Source: Candidatus Nomurabacteria bacterium UBA5155
GTDB lineage: Bacteria > Patescibacteriota > Minisyncoccia > Phycocordibacterales > UBA9973
Assembly (NCBI GenBank): GCA_002413705.1
Contig: DHXN01000008.1
Coordinates: 16,576 to 66,285 of the forward strand
Reading direction: 5' to 3'
DNA: 49,710 nucleotides
Shown here: piece after piece, positions 18,404 to 26,900 of the stretch
Layout of the letters: the number at the start of each line of letters is the position of its first letter
Position numbering within the stretch: the stretch's first letter is position 1
Position numbers and translations under genes: made by a program
The notes under the pieces: generated by a model
The model's input: only the letters and a program-made list of their open reading frames with translations
What the model was told of the DNA's origin: nothing
Database searches by the model: none

Positions 18404-19018
18404 ATGCAAAATCCTTTTGGAGAAAAATATCAGAAATACTGGGATAGAAGACTAACTAAGTTTAGTAAGTTTGACGAGGGTATTCAGACAGATATCGAAG
18501 GATTGTACTCAGTTGGACCTGAAGATATCGCCGATAAGAATGCTATTAAAACTGGAGCAAAAATTGTCGTTGATGGTTTTTGTGGTATAGGTGGTAACAC
18601 TATCGGTTTCGCAAAACATGCAGACCATGTTTATGCAATTGAAATTGATCACAATAGAATTGAAATGGCAAAAAATAATCTTAAGGTGTACGGGCTTGAA
18701 GACAAGGTAACGTTTATTGAAGGGGATTATTTTAAAGAAGCACCTTTGATACAGGCAGATGCCGTTTTTATTGCTCCACCGTGGGGAGGCCCTGATTACT
18801 CTCAGAAAGAACGATTTACTCTTGAAGACTTTAGTCCTTCAGGAAAAGATATACTCGATCTTGCATTTAAGCATTTTTCTAAAGTGGTGCTACAAATACC
18901 CAAGAATTTTGATCTTAGCGAATTAGACCAATTTGGAAAAGAATATACAGTAGAGAATGAAATGTATGAAGATAATATAATGTTTAAAACAGTTTACTTC
19001 TTTACTCTTGAAATATAA
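18404..19018 (+). CDS. Tgs1-like (RNA cap guanine-N2) SAM-dependent methyltransferase
   Basis: KYWDRR..KFSKFDEGI..D.EGLYSV.PE.IA, DGFCGIGGNTI, APPWGGPDY. Confidence 0.85.
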   Translation: MQNPFGEKYQKYWDRRLTKFSKFDEGIQTDIEGLYSVGPEDIADKNAIKTGAKIVVDGFCGIGGNTIGFAKHADHVYAIEIDHNRIEMAKNNLKVYGLEDKVTFIEGDYFKEAPLIQADAVFIAPPWGGPDYSQKERFTLEDFSPSGKDILDLAFKHFSKVVLQIPKNFDLSELDQFGKEYTVENEMYEDNIMFKTVYFFTLEI

Positions 19019-19020
19019 AC

Positions 19021-19047
19021 GTTCCAACATCCTGCCACAGCACTCGC
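19021..19047 (+). repeat. 27-bp cassette-end repeat R3
   Basis: GTTCCAACATCCTGCCACAGCACTCGC (25/27 identical to R1). Confidence 0.9.
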
Positions 19048-19184
19048 ACTTGATTAGTACATACATAAATTGGTTGTGCCGGTGTTTTTCTGTGTACTTT
19101 TCCATTGTGCATGGATAGGTATGGTTGTATAATTATCATGAGCAAAATTTAGAACTTTTAATTATCAACAAACAATATTTATCT

Positions 19185-20042
19185 ATGCGTACATATAAAA
19201 CAATCGGGGTAGCGGGTACTGTTGCCATACTTCTTCTTTCTGGCACTGTTGTGTTTGCTCAAGGCAGACCGGCTAGCGCGGGGCCGGGAAGTGTTACTCA
19301 GGGTACTGCTCAAGGAGCGGAGAACCAATATCGACCGGCGAATACCGGCTCGACTGGCGGAGTACCGGCTGGAAATCCTAGCGGCACTTACCGTCCCGCA
19401 ACTACTTCAACGACATCAACTACTTCTCAAGGAAGCAAGGGGCAAGCTGCGCAGGAACGGATGCAGGCTGCGCGAACGCAAGGCCAAGCACATGCGACAG
19501 CCGCCCGCGAGCAGGTCGCACAGCGACTTGCCGGCATTCAAGACAAAGTAAAACAGCGTCTTGCAGAAAATCTCGCAACGCGGTTCGACCAGCTTAACAA
19601 GACGTGGACCGACCACTTTATGCAGGTGCTCGACCACTATGATGCCATTTTGCAGAAAGTGCAGGACCGTGCGACTGCTGCAGCTTCAAGTGGAAAAGAC
19701 ACAACTGCAACAAGCGCGGCTATCACTGCGGCAAAAACATCTATTGCGACTGCTCGCACTGCGATAACAGCACAAGCGGCTAAGACCTACACACTCAATA
19801 CTTCAACTGTTACTACGACATCTACAACCACCACTTCAAGCGGTCAGACGGAACTTATGCAGGGACTCCGCACTTCTTTCCAGAATCTCAATGAGACACT
19901 GTTTAAAGATCTCTTTGCGCTTCGCGACGGCCCTATGACTGATACTCGCAAAGCAGTACAGAGTACACTACAGACACTCAGCCAAATTCCCGGAGTCGAC
20001 CAGGTGAATACCACTTCAACCGACGCAACCTCGACCAATTAA
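19185..20042 (+). CDS. Secreted Thr/Ala-rich coiled-coil protein
   Basis: Signal peptide ending VFA; low-complexity N-terminus; long helices; more GC-rich than its flanks. Confidence 0.75.
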   Translation: MRTYKTIGVAGTVAILLLSGTVVFAQGRPASAGPGSVTQGTAQGAENQYRPANTGSTGGVPAGNPSGTYRPATTSTTSTTSQGSKGQAAQERMQAARTQGQAHATAAREQVAQRLAGIQDKVKQRLAENLATRFDQLNKTWTDHFMQVLDHYDAILQKVQDRATAAASSGKDTTATSAAITAAKTSIATARTAITAQAAKTYTLNTSTVTTTSTTTTSSGQTELMQGLRTSFQNLNETLFKDLFALRDGPMTDTRKAVQSTLQTLSQIPGVDQVNTTSTDATSTN

Positions 20043-20063
20043 TAATAAATAATTGAAACTACT

Positions 20064-20363
20064 ATGGATTATCAAACAACACCACCAATGATGCCAATAA
20101 AAGAACCCGCTTCAATGAAACCGTGGTATATCGGCGGCGCAGCAGCGGTCGTCGTTCTCGCCGCGCTTGGCTGGTACTATTTTGGATCGCAAGCTCCAGT
20201 CGCAAGCACACAGCCATCTGCTGCTGAAACCACACAAGCAGCTCCTCTCACGAGTGGTAATACAACCGCCGACATCCAGACCGATCTCAACAATACGCCG
20301 AACGACTCTGTCATGCTCAACCAAGATGCAGCCGCTTCCGCCAAAGCTATTCAGAGTTTCTAG
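20064..20363 (+). CDS. Small single-TM hypothetical protein
   Basis: TM segment WYIGGAAAVVVLAALGWYYF; in operon with the previous gene. Confidence 0.7.
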   Translation: MDYQTTPPMMPIKEPASMKPWYIGGAAAVVVLAALGWYYFGSQAPVASTQPSAAETTQAAPLTSGNTTADIQTDLNNTPNDSVMLNQDAAASAKAIQSF

Positions 20364-20378
20364 TACAAAATGATTCTC

Positions 20379-20416
20379 AAATGAAAAAATCACCCAACTG
20401 GGTGATTTTTTCATTT
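20379..20416 (+). terminator. Intrinsic terminator
   Basis: AAATGAAAAAATCACCCA-AC-TGGGTGATTTTTTCATTT. Confidence 0.85.
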
Positions 20417-20461
20417 ATCCACTGTTTACTTTCAAACCGCATTCCTTGTATACTAATTTAG

Positions 20462-20475
20462 TAGTTTCGAAACTA
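20462..20475. promoter_or_regulatory. Palindromic operator, probably for the neighbouring ArsR
   Basis: Perfect palindrome TAGTTTCGAAACTA just downstream of the -10 box TATACT (20449-20454). Confidence 0.65.
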
Positions 20476-20527
20476 TGTAACCTTTGTTTAAGCGCACCAT
20501 TTATTATAGTTAAAAACAAGAACATAT

Positions 20528-20899
20528 ATGCAACTCTCACAAGAAATAATCGATATACTATTAGACTCAGAAAATAAAGCCTTTGCAACAACAGGTAAAG
20601 ATCGTATCAATGTTGTACCAGTATCCACTATGTATATAATAGATGGAAAAATTTGGCTCATAAATTATTTCTTTAAGAAAACACTAGAAAATATTCTGGA
20701 AGAACCGCGTGCAGCATTGGTGTGCTGGAAAGGATTTTGCGGATATCAAATAAAAGGACAGGTAGAATATATTGAAAATGGAGTTCTTTTTGAGAAGGCA
20801 AAGGAAATGGTGTTTCAAAAACTCCCTGATCGCATTGTAAAAGGATTGCTTATATTGAAACCAGAAGAGGTGTATAACATATCGCCGGGAGCAAATTGA
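20528..20899 (+). CDS. Pyridoxamine 5'-phosphate oxidase-like FMN-binding protein
   Basis: FATT...NVVPV, KTLENILEEP, GYQIKG, EEVY.ISPG. Confidence 0.85.
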   Translation: MQLSQEIIDILLDSENKAFATTGKDRINVVPVSTMYIIDGKIWLINYFFKKTLENILEEPRAALVCWKGFCGYQIKGQVEYIENGVLFEKAKEMVFQKLPDRIVKGLLILKPEEVYNISPGAN

Positions 20900-20959
20900 T
20901 ACCGAGGCTCATTTTTAATAAAAAAACAACCGCTTGCAATGCCCACTGTATTTGTTGCA

Positions 20960-20973
20960 TACTTTAGAAACTA
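20960..20973. promoter_or_regulatory. Second operator copy overlapping the arsR -10 box and start codon
   Basis: TACTTTAGAAACTA (12/14 match to the 20462 palindrome; both copies are followed by TG). Confidence 0.6.
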
Positions 20974-21278
20974 TGAAGATTAAACAACCGCTACCTCGTA
21001 AGACTTATGAGAGAAATGCTGAAATATACAAAATACTGGCCAATGCCAAGCGTCTGGAGATTCTCAATTTGCTGCGGGAACAAGAAATGTCCGTCGAGGA
21101 TCTGATTAAGACACTCGGCATTCCTAAAGCAAACGTGTCGCAACATCTTGCATTGCTTCGCCATGCAGATTTGGTCACGGTTCGCCGCGAAGGGTTGAAT
21201 GGATACTACAATATTATTGATCCTCGGATTGTTGAGCCGTGCAGAATTTTGCACCAGCTGGCAATCAAGCGGGGATAG
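20973..21278 (+). CDS. ArsR/SmtB family transcriptional regulator
   Basis: KILANAKRLEILNLL, SVEDL, NVSQHLALLR, RREG...YY. Confidence 0.92.
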   Translation: MKIKQPLPRKTYERNAEIYKILANAKRLEILNLLREQEMSVEDLIKTLGIPKANVSQHLALLRHADLVTVRREGLNGYYNIIDPRIVEPCRILHQLAIKRG

Positions 21279-21294
21279 CTGCTGCGCAAACAAT

Positions 21295-21381
21295 GGAGAC
21301 GTGGCTGAGTGGTTGAAGGCACCGGTTTCGAAAACCGGCATATGAGCAATCGTATCGAGGGTTCAAATCCCCCCGTCTCCG
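21295..21381 (+). tRNA. tRNA-Ser(CGA)
   Basis: GGAGACG/CGTCTCC, CCGGT-TT CGA AA-ACCGG, long variable arm, G73. Confidence 0.93.
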
Positions 21382-21436
21382 CAAGTTATTCTTTCTTCAT
21401 GTTTAATTCATCAATTATTGTTATTATAGTAACGAC

Positions 21437-23308
21437 ATGTGTGGAATTGTAGGAATCGTAGGAGAAATAGAACATAAAAATGATGTCATCAAAATGATGA
21501 ATGACGAAATAATCCATCGCGGTCCGGACGACGAGGGGTTTTTTCTCGATGATTCTATCGCACTAGCAATGCGTCGTCTTTCAATTATTGATATTGAACA
21601 CGGCAAACAACCTATCACCTCACTCGATGGCCGCTACACCATCGTATTTAATGGTGAAATTTATAATTATAAAATTTTAAAAGAAGCATTGTTGCAGCAA
21701 GGATATAACTTTCAAACAAATTCTGATACCGAGGTTATTTTGGCACTGTACCAAACAGAAGGGGAAGCGATGGTTTCAAAATTACGCGGTATGTTCGCTT
21801 TTGCGATTTTTGACAAAGAAGAAAAAACCATTTTTTTGGCCAGAGATTATTTTGGTATCAAGCCGTTGTACTATGTGCAACTCGACACTGCGATTGTGGC
21901 ATTTGGTTCTGAAATAAAAAGCTTGCTCAAACATCCGCGCTATAAAAAAGAAATCAATGACGAAGTGGTGTTTAATTATTTGTCATTTCAATACAATCCT
22001 TTGGAAGAAAGTTTCTTTAAAAATATCTACAGTCTTGCGCCGGGACATTCTTTGCGTATCAACACAACTGACGGCTCTTTTGTGAAAAAGAAATATTGGT
22101 CATTTGAATTTGCTCCTGTGAATAATCCATACGATGAGATGAAAGAAGATATCAAGAAAACATTGAAGGATTCTGTTACCGCGCATATGATTGCTGATGT
22201 TCCGGTGGGATGCTTCTTGAGCGGCGGAATCGACAGTGGCATCATTGCGCAGTTTGCTTCTGATGTTGTTAAAGAACATTCGGTAGCAACACTTTCAACT
22301 TTTACGATTGGTTTTAAAGAAACAAATGAATGGGAACAGGCGCGAGAACTGTCAGACACCATTCATTCCGATCATCAAGAAATAGTGTTGAATTGGAAGG
22401 ATTATTTTGTGGCGCTGCCGACCATCGCCTGGCATTTTGACGAACCGGTGGCTGATCCGTCGGCGATTTCACTGTACTTTCTGGCTCGTGAAGCTCGAAA
22501 GAAAGTAAAAGTAGTGGTTTCAGGTGAGGGTGCCGATGAGCTATTCGGTGGCTACAATATTTATCTTGAACCGTATGCTCGAAGAAAACTACAATATATT
22601 CCTCGATTTGTTCGCCATGCTTTGTATCAGATCATTGTTGCACTTAACATCTCTACACATTTCCCAAAACTCAGAGGAATAAAATATTTGGAACGATCAT
22701 TACAGACACCGGAAGAGTGGTATATTGGCAACGCCACAATATTCACCGAAAAAGAAATGGCGAAAATCTGGACAGGAAAAAAGTTTCAAAGAACTGATCT
22801 CGGTGCATATTATAAAAAAGTTGCGAATTATTCTGATTCGGTAAAAATGCAATACATTGATATCAATACTTGGCTGAAAGGGGATATTCTAGCCAAGGCT
22901 GACAAAATGAGCATGGCCAATTCGTTGGAAGTTCGCGTGCCGTTTCTCGATAAAGAAGTTGCCGCCATTGCCGCAACATTAACGGACGAAATGAAATGGG
23001 GCGAAAATGAAACCAAGAAAATCCTGCGCGCTTCTGTCAGAGAGATCATCCCCGAATCCACACGTATTCGAAAAAAACTTGGCTTCCCGACACCTATCAA
23101 CCTCATGCTGGTGGAACATATCGCTGAAATCAAAGACGTGATACTTAATAATGTGTATATTAAAAATAATTGTGATATTGATTATATAAAAGCAATACTT
23201 TCCGATCATCAAAACACACAGGAGAGAAATGCCAGAAAAATTTTTGCGCTGCTGATGTTCAGCATCTGGCACGAACAGTATTTTACTGAACTACCACGAC
23301 TTGATTAG
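21437..23308 (+). CDS. asnB: Asparagine synthase (glutamine-hydrolysing) family amidotransferase
   Basis: MCGI N-terminus, HRGPD, RLSIID, FNGEIYN, LSGGIDS, SGEGADELFGGY, EVRVPFLD. Confidence 0.95.
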   Translation: MCGIVGIVGEIEHKNDVIKMMNDEIIHRGPDDEGFFLDDSIALAMRRLSIIDIEHGKQPITSLDGRYTIVFNGEIYNYKILKEALLQQGYNFQTNSDTEVILALYQTEGEAMVSKLRGMFAFAIFDKEEKTIFLARDYFGIKPLYYVQLDTAIVAFGSEIKSLLKHPRYKKEINDEVVFNYLSFQYNPLEESFFKNIYSLAPGHSLRINTTDGSFVKKKYWSFEFAPVNNPYDEMKEDIKKTLKDSVTAHMIADVPVGCFLSGGIDSGIIAQFASDVVKEHSVATLSTFTIGFKETNEWEQARELSDTIHSDHQEIVLNWKDYFVALPTIAWHFDEPVADPSAISLYFLAREARKKVKVVVSGEGADELFGGYNIYLEPYARRKLQYIPRFVRHALYQIIVALNISTHFPKLRGIKYLERSLQTPEEWYIGNATIFTEKEMAKIWTGKKFQRTDLGAYYKKVANYSDSVKMQYIDINTWLKGDILAKADKMSMANSLEVRVPFLDKEVAAIAATLTDEMKWGENETKKILRASVREIIPESTRIRKKLGFPTPINLMLVEHIAEIKDVILNNVYIKNNCDIDYIKAILSDHQNTQERNARKIFALLMFSIWHEQYFTELPRLD

Positions 23309-24155
23309 TCAGCGGACCCCACATATTCATATGTTTCATTAGGCGATTGGCGCTCCAGTATTCATTGCCTATACCCGTAAGAGGGTCATTAAGAAAAAAT
23401 CCTACCAACGTACCATCCTTTGCACGCAGCGTCGCCACTACTACTCGCACGTGTTCTCCGCGATATGCGGTAACCGATTTTCCTTGAGGTGTTTGCCATG
23501 AGTATTTCACATATGGAGGACTATTGAAAAATCCCCAGACCATGACAGGATGATCTTGGTCAATCTGTGTGGCGATAAAATCTGCAGAGACCAGTGTATA
23601 GCTTTGCGCACTTCTGCCAAATGTTCGCGCTGCCTTGGCAAGCGCCGGAGCAAAAGCCCCATAGCCACTTTTAAGCGGGTCATCGATGTTGCCGACGAAC
23701 ATTGTATTGGGGTCATCCCAAATATTGTGTTTTGTATCCCAAGGACGAGGGTTGTATCCAACTTTTTTTACAATATCCATATCACCGGTTTGGATACCAT
23801 AGTATGCCAATACCATACGCAGAGAGGACTCTTCACAACTTCGTGGATACTGCTGCTTGTACGCCGGAACCGACAGTTGATGCACGTCTAAGGATGAGAG
23901 GTCTGGTGTCGGCTCGCTTTTAAGTGTATCCAAAAAGGGTTGATCGTGCGGCGAAACAGTTACTGTCGTTGAAACAACAGCGGTAACAGGGGTTGGGGTA
24001 GTGGTAGGGGTTGGAGTAGATAAGGTTGGCGTCTCAGCGATTTGTTTTATTGGAGCTTTACTGGCCTTTAGATAGTGGTTGATAACAACAAAAAAAACCA
24101 ATGCAGTCAGTATAGAAATTATTTTTATTTTTAGCGCCACTTTAGATTTACTCAT
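23283..24155 (-). CDS. Membrane-anchored C39-like cysteine peptidase
   Basis: TM anchor and PT linker, then QQYPRSCE (Gln/Cys), EH, NDP. Confidence 0.85.
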   Translation of the reverse strand: MSKSKVALKIKIISILTALVFFVVINHYLKASKAPIKQIAETPTLSTPTPTTTPTPVTAVVSTTVTVSPHDQPFLDTLKSEPTPDLSSLDVHQLSVPAYKQQYPRSCEESSLRMVLAYYGIQTGDMDIVKKVGYNPRPWDTKHNIWDDPNTMFVGNIDDPLKSGYGAFAPALAKAARTFGRSAQSYTLVSADFIATQIDQDHPVMVWGFFNSPPYVKYSWQTPQGKSVTAYRGEHVRVVVATLRAKDGTLVGFFLNDPLTGIGNEYWSANRLMKHMNMWGPLTNQVVVVQ

Positions 24156-24163
24156 GTTGTGTA

Positions 24164-24709
24164 TTACTTTCTGAACAATTTACCCCCGTGCCACGGTACT
24201 CCGAGATAAGACAGGGCATAATAATCCAAACCATAATAGCCAGCGATTTTCCACGCCAAGATAATACCGATACTTAAGGTGAAAAGTATTGGGTTGGTAC
24301 TGACTGTACCAGCAAGTAAATAATTCAGATTCATAAACAGTCCAAAAAATGCAGCAATGCCAGTGAATAGTCCGATGATAAGTGCAATGCCAACTGTCAG
24401 CTCACCATACGCAATGATATGTGCCCAGGTATGTATATGACCAAGCACCACATGTTGTAAAAAATATCCATACCATCCTTGCACATCAGGGTGAGCTGAG
24501 GCAGTTTTTTGTAGCGCACCTTTAATAAATCCTGACAGTGCTCCTCCGGCGTTTGCTCCTGTCCACAAAGGATCATGTACTTTCTCCCAACCAGCAGAGA
24601 GCCAGCCCCACCCGACATACACACGCACTATCAACCAGAGCCATGATAGTTTTGTATTATGAAATAGTAATTTTGAAAAAGGTGATTCTTCTATGGTTGT
24701 ATTATTCAT
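24164..24709 (-). CDS. DoxX / TQO small-subunit family membrane protein
   Basis: RVYVGWGWLSAGWEK, GELTVG, MNLNYLLAGTVSTNP, GLD. Confidence 0.88.
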   Translation of the reverse strand: MNNTTIEESPFSKLLFHNTKLSWLWLIVRVYVGWGWLSAGWEKVHDPLWTGANAGGALSGFIKGALQKTASAHPDVQGWYGYFLQHVVLGHIHTWAHIIAYGELTVGIALIIGLFTGIAAFFGLFMNLNYLLAGTVSTNPILFTLSIGIILAWKIAGYYGLDYYALSYLGVPWHGGKLFRK

Positions 24710-24798
24710 GCATACATAATAACTCTAATATCATGGAAAAGAAAACTAATTGTCAAAACCTTGACTATATGGTCATAAGCGACTAATATCGCTTATAT

Positions 24799-25947
24799 AT
24801 GAGAAAGTATAGTTTTAAAGCAATAAAAAGGGGATTTTTGGCAACAGCTCTGTCAGCGATTTTTACGTTGGCTTTTGTGGCGTATGCGTCAGCAATGACC
24901 CCTACGTTGACATTAAATAGCAATAATAACGGATATGGCTACGGCACAGTACAGGTGACTGTCTATGGCGATGCAAATGCGCCGGTTATTCTGGATTATT
25001 ATTCAGGCGGTCAGCTGCTCGGAGCCGGCGTCATCGGGTACACCAACTACAGCGGTTCTTTCTCAGGACAGCTCAGTACTAGTAACTACACTATCCCAAA
25101 CGGTGCACAAACCATTGTCATGGTAAATGGCCAGCAATCCAACACAATCTCTTGGATGGGAACTTCTTCATACAATAACAATGGTGGTACTACAAATGGC
25201 ACACTGTCACTCAGTCAGAGCAGTGTCACACTTTCTCTCGGACAAAGTCAGACAGTGTCATTGAACAACGGCAGCTCTTACAATTACAATTATAATAATT
25301 ACAACAGTGCATCTCAGTACTATATTTCCAACAGCAACACAAACAATATTGTTACTGCTTCTATCAGTGGCAACAGTATCAGTCTGTACGGACAAAGTAT
25401 TGGTTCAACCACGCTCAATATCTGTCCAAACAATAGTATTTCTGGCTTGAGTAACTACTACAACAGCAATGGGGGATGTGCCACTTTGTATGTCACTGTG
25501 TCAGGAAATAATAATAATTATTATTATCCACAACAACAAACTCCTTACTACCAGCCTGTTAATAATAACTACTATGGTTACAACAACACTCCGCTAAGTG
25601 TCAGTAATAGTAATGTACAAGTAACAGTGGGAAATGTTGGCACAGTGGTGATCAACAGCGATAATAATAGCAATAGTTATTACAATAATTCAGGTACCTA
25701 TTACATCAGCAATAACAACAACGGCATTGCAAATGCAACCATCAGCGGCAATACACTTTCTATTTACGGAACGGCAGCTGGCAGTACAACAGTGACAGTC
25801 TGTCAGTCAGGGACAAATCAGTGCACAAGTGTAAACGTAACTGTCACCTCACCATCATATTTCAACTACACCAACGGTCAGTACACCTCATCACAAAACG
25901 GTCATTGGTACTATTCAAATCAGAATCGTTGTTGGCAGCATCGCTAA
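24799..25947 (+). CDS. Secreted Asn/Tyr/Ser-rich protein with two Ig-like repeats
   Basis: Signal peptide (ASA); duplicated module LS.S.S.V....G....V...YYISN....A.ISGN..S.YG...GSTT...C...C....VTV. Confidence 0.75.
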   Translation: MRKYSFKAIKRGFLATALSAIFTLAFVAYASAMTPTLTLNSNNNGYGYGTVQVTVYGDANAPVILDYYSGGQLLGAGVIGYTNYSGSFSGQLSTSNYTIPNGAQTIVMVNGQQSNTISWMGTSSYNNNGGTTNGTLSLSQSSVTLSLGQSQTVSLNNGSSYNYNYNNYNSASQYYISNSNTNNIVTASISGNSISLYGQSIGSTTLNICPNNSISGLSNYYNSNGGCATLYVTVSGNNNNYYYPQQQTPYYQPVNNNYYGYNNTPLSVSNSNVQVTVGNVGTVVINSDNNSNSYYNNSGTYYISNNNNGIANATISGNTLSIYGTAAGSTTVTVCQSGTNQCTSVNVTVTSPSYFNYTNGQYTSSQNGHWYYSNQNRCWQHR

Positions 25948-25948
25948 C

Positions 25949-25980
25949 AAAAAATAACCAGGAAAATCCTGGTTATTTTT
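25949..25980. terminator. Bidirectional terminator
   Basis: AAAAATAACCAGGA-AAA-TCCTGGTTATTTTT. Confidence 0.85.
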
Positions 25981-25985
25981 ATGTG

Positions 25986-26070
25986 CGGAGACGGCGAGAT
26001 TCGAACTCGCGAGGCTTTGACACCTGCCTCCTTAGCAAGGAGGTACGTTAGACCACTCCGACACGTCTCC
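25986..26070 (-). tRNA. tRNA-Ser(GCT)
   Basis: GGAGACG/CGTCTCC, CCTCC-TT GCT AA-GGAGG, long variable arm. Confidence 0.93.
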
Positions 26071-26121
26071 ATTGTCCACGATGTTATCATACATAGAAAT
26101 CGCGGACAACATTTTGAACTA

Positions 26122-26391
26122 TTATCGAGCTGGAGTAAGTGTAGTAGCAGGCACAGTAGTAGCGCCTTGTTGCTCTATTATTATTCCTTGATCTTGATTC
26201 CAGTGACGACGCATCATCGTGCCGTCTCCGTATGAAAATCCGCGCATCTGTCCGATTACCATACCAGCAAAGAAAATAAACAATCCTAATACAATCGCAA
26301 GAAGCAATCGTATGAATGAGAATCCTTTATCCAGTCCGCACCATCCACATGTTTTGTGATCCATGTTCATAGAAGTCTTTTCATGTTCCAT
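26122..26391 (-). CDS. Small single-TM hypothetical protein
   Basis: CGWC motif, TM segment LLLAIVLGLFIFFAGMVIG, Met/Gly-rich tail. Confidence 0.65.
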   Translation of the reverse strand: MEHEKTSMNMDHKTCGWCGLDKGFSFIRLLLAIVLGLFIFFAGMVIGQMRGFSYGDGTMMRRHWNQDQGIIIEQQGATTVPATTLTPAR

Positions 26392-26456
26392 AATTCTTTT
26401 TCGTTTTATAAAGTAGTAATGCCGTAAGTATAACACTTATAAAGTATAATGAAGAA

Positions 26457-26819
26457 ATGGAAAATTCATATTTAAATGGCCCTGAAAATAATAATGAAAT
26501 AACACCCGACCAAAAGTTAGAAGATTTGCAGTTTTTATCAGAAATGGCAAAGGAAACAGGTTTTATAGAAACGCCCGAAATGAAAGAGTTAAGAAAAATT
26601 CCCAGCGAGTGGGTAGAAAAAGCTCAAGAATTGGTAGAAAGTGCTGAAAAAGATAGTCCTGCACGCAAGAGATTGTTTGTTGGATATCTTATAGAATTGA
26701 TAGGAATCTGTCTCGAACAAAATGACCGCGATGAATATTTTAAAAATGTTGACTATGCAGCGCAGGCTGCCCGCAGTATCGGTGACATTGCTCTAGCTGA
26801 AAAAATAGAAACTTTTTAA
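26457..26819 (+). CDS. Hypothetical acidic helical protein
   Basis: 120 aa; ATG lies 6 nt after TATAAT. Confidence 0.65.
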   Translation: MENSYLNGPENNNEITPDQKLEDLQFLSEMAKETGFIETPEMKELRKIPSEWVEKAQELVESAEKDSPARKRLFVGYLIELIGICLEQNDRDEYFKNVDYAAQAARSIGDIALAEKIETF

Positions 26820-26900
26820 TAAAGTTTTTCTAAAGAAAAAGCTTGTTTTATACACTCGCAAGCTTGATTTTACGGAAAGGGAATATGCTACACTGAAGTC

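Larger units (their letters stand above)
16979..19047 (+). mobile_element. Putative tandem array of three ~690-bp gene cassettes integrated at the tRNA-Ser(ACT) 3' end
   Basis: Junction core (C/T)CGC ends at 16982, 17670, 18377 and 19047 (spacing 688/707/670); the last three are the ends of a 27-bp repeat. Confidence 0.6.

Noticed and set aside
17644..19047. The 27-bp repeats as a CRISPR array
   Set aside because: The intervals are ~640-680 bp and contain whole genes; the repeats are not palindromic; there are no cas genes in the window.
17644..19047. The repeats as classical integron attC sites
   Set aside because: They start with GTT but lack RYYYAAC...GTTRRRY inverted ends and an internal dyad; no intI is present.
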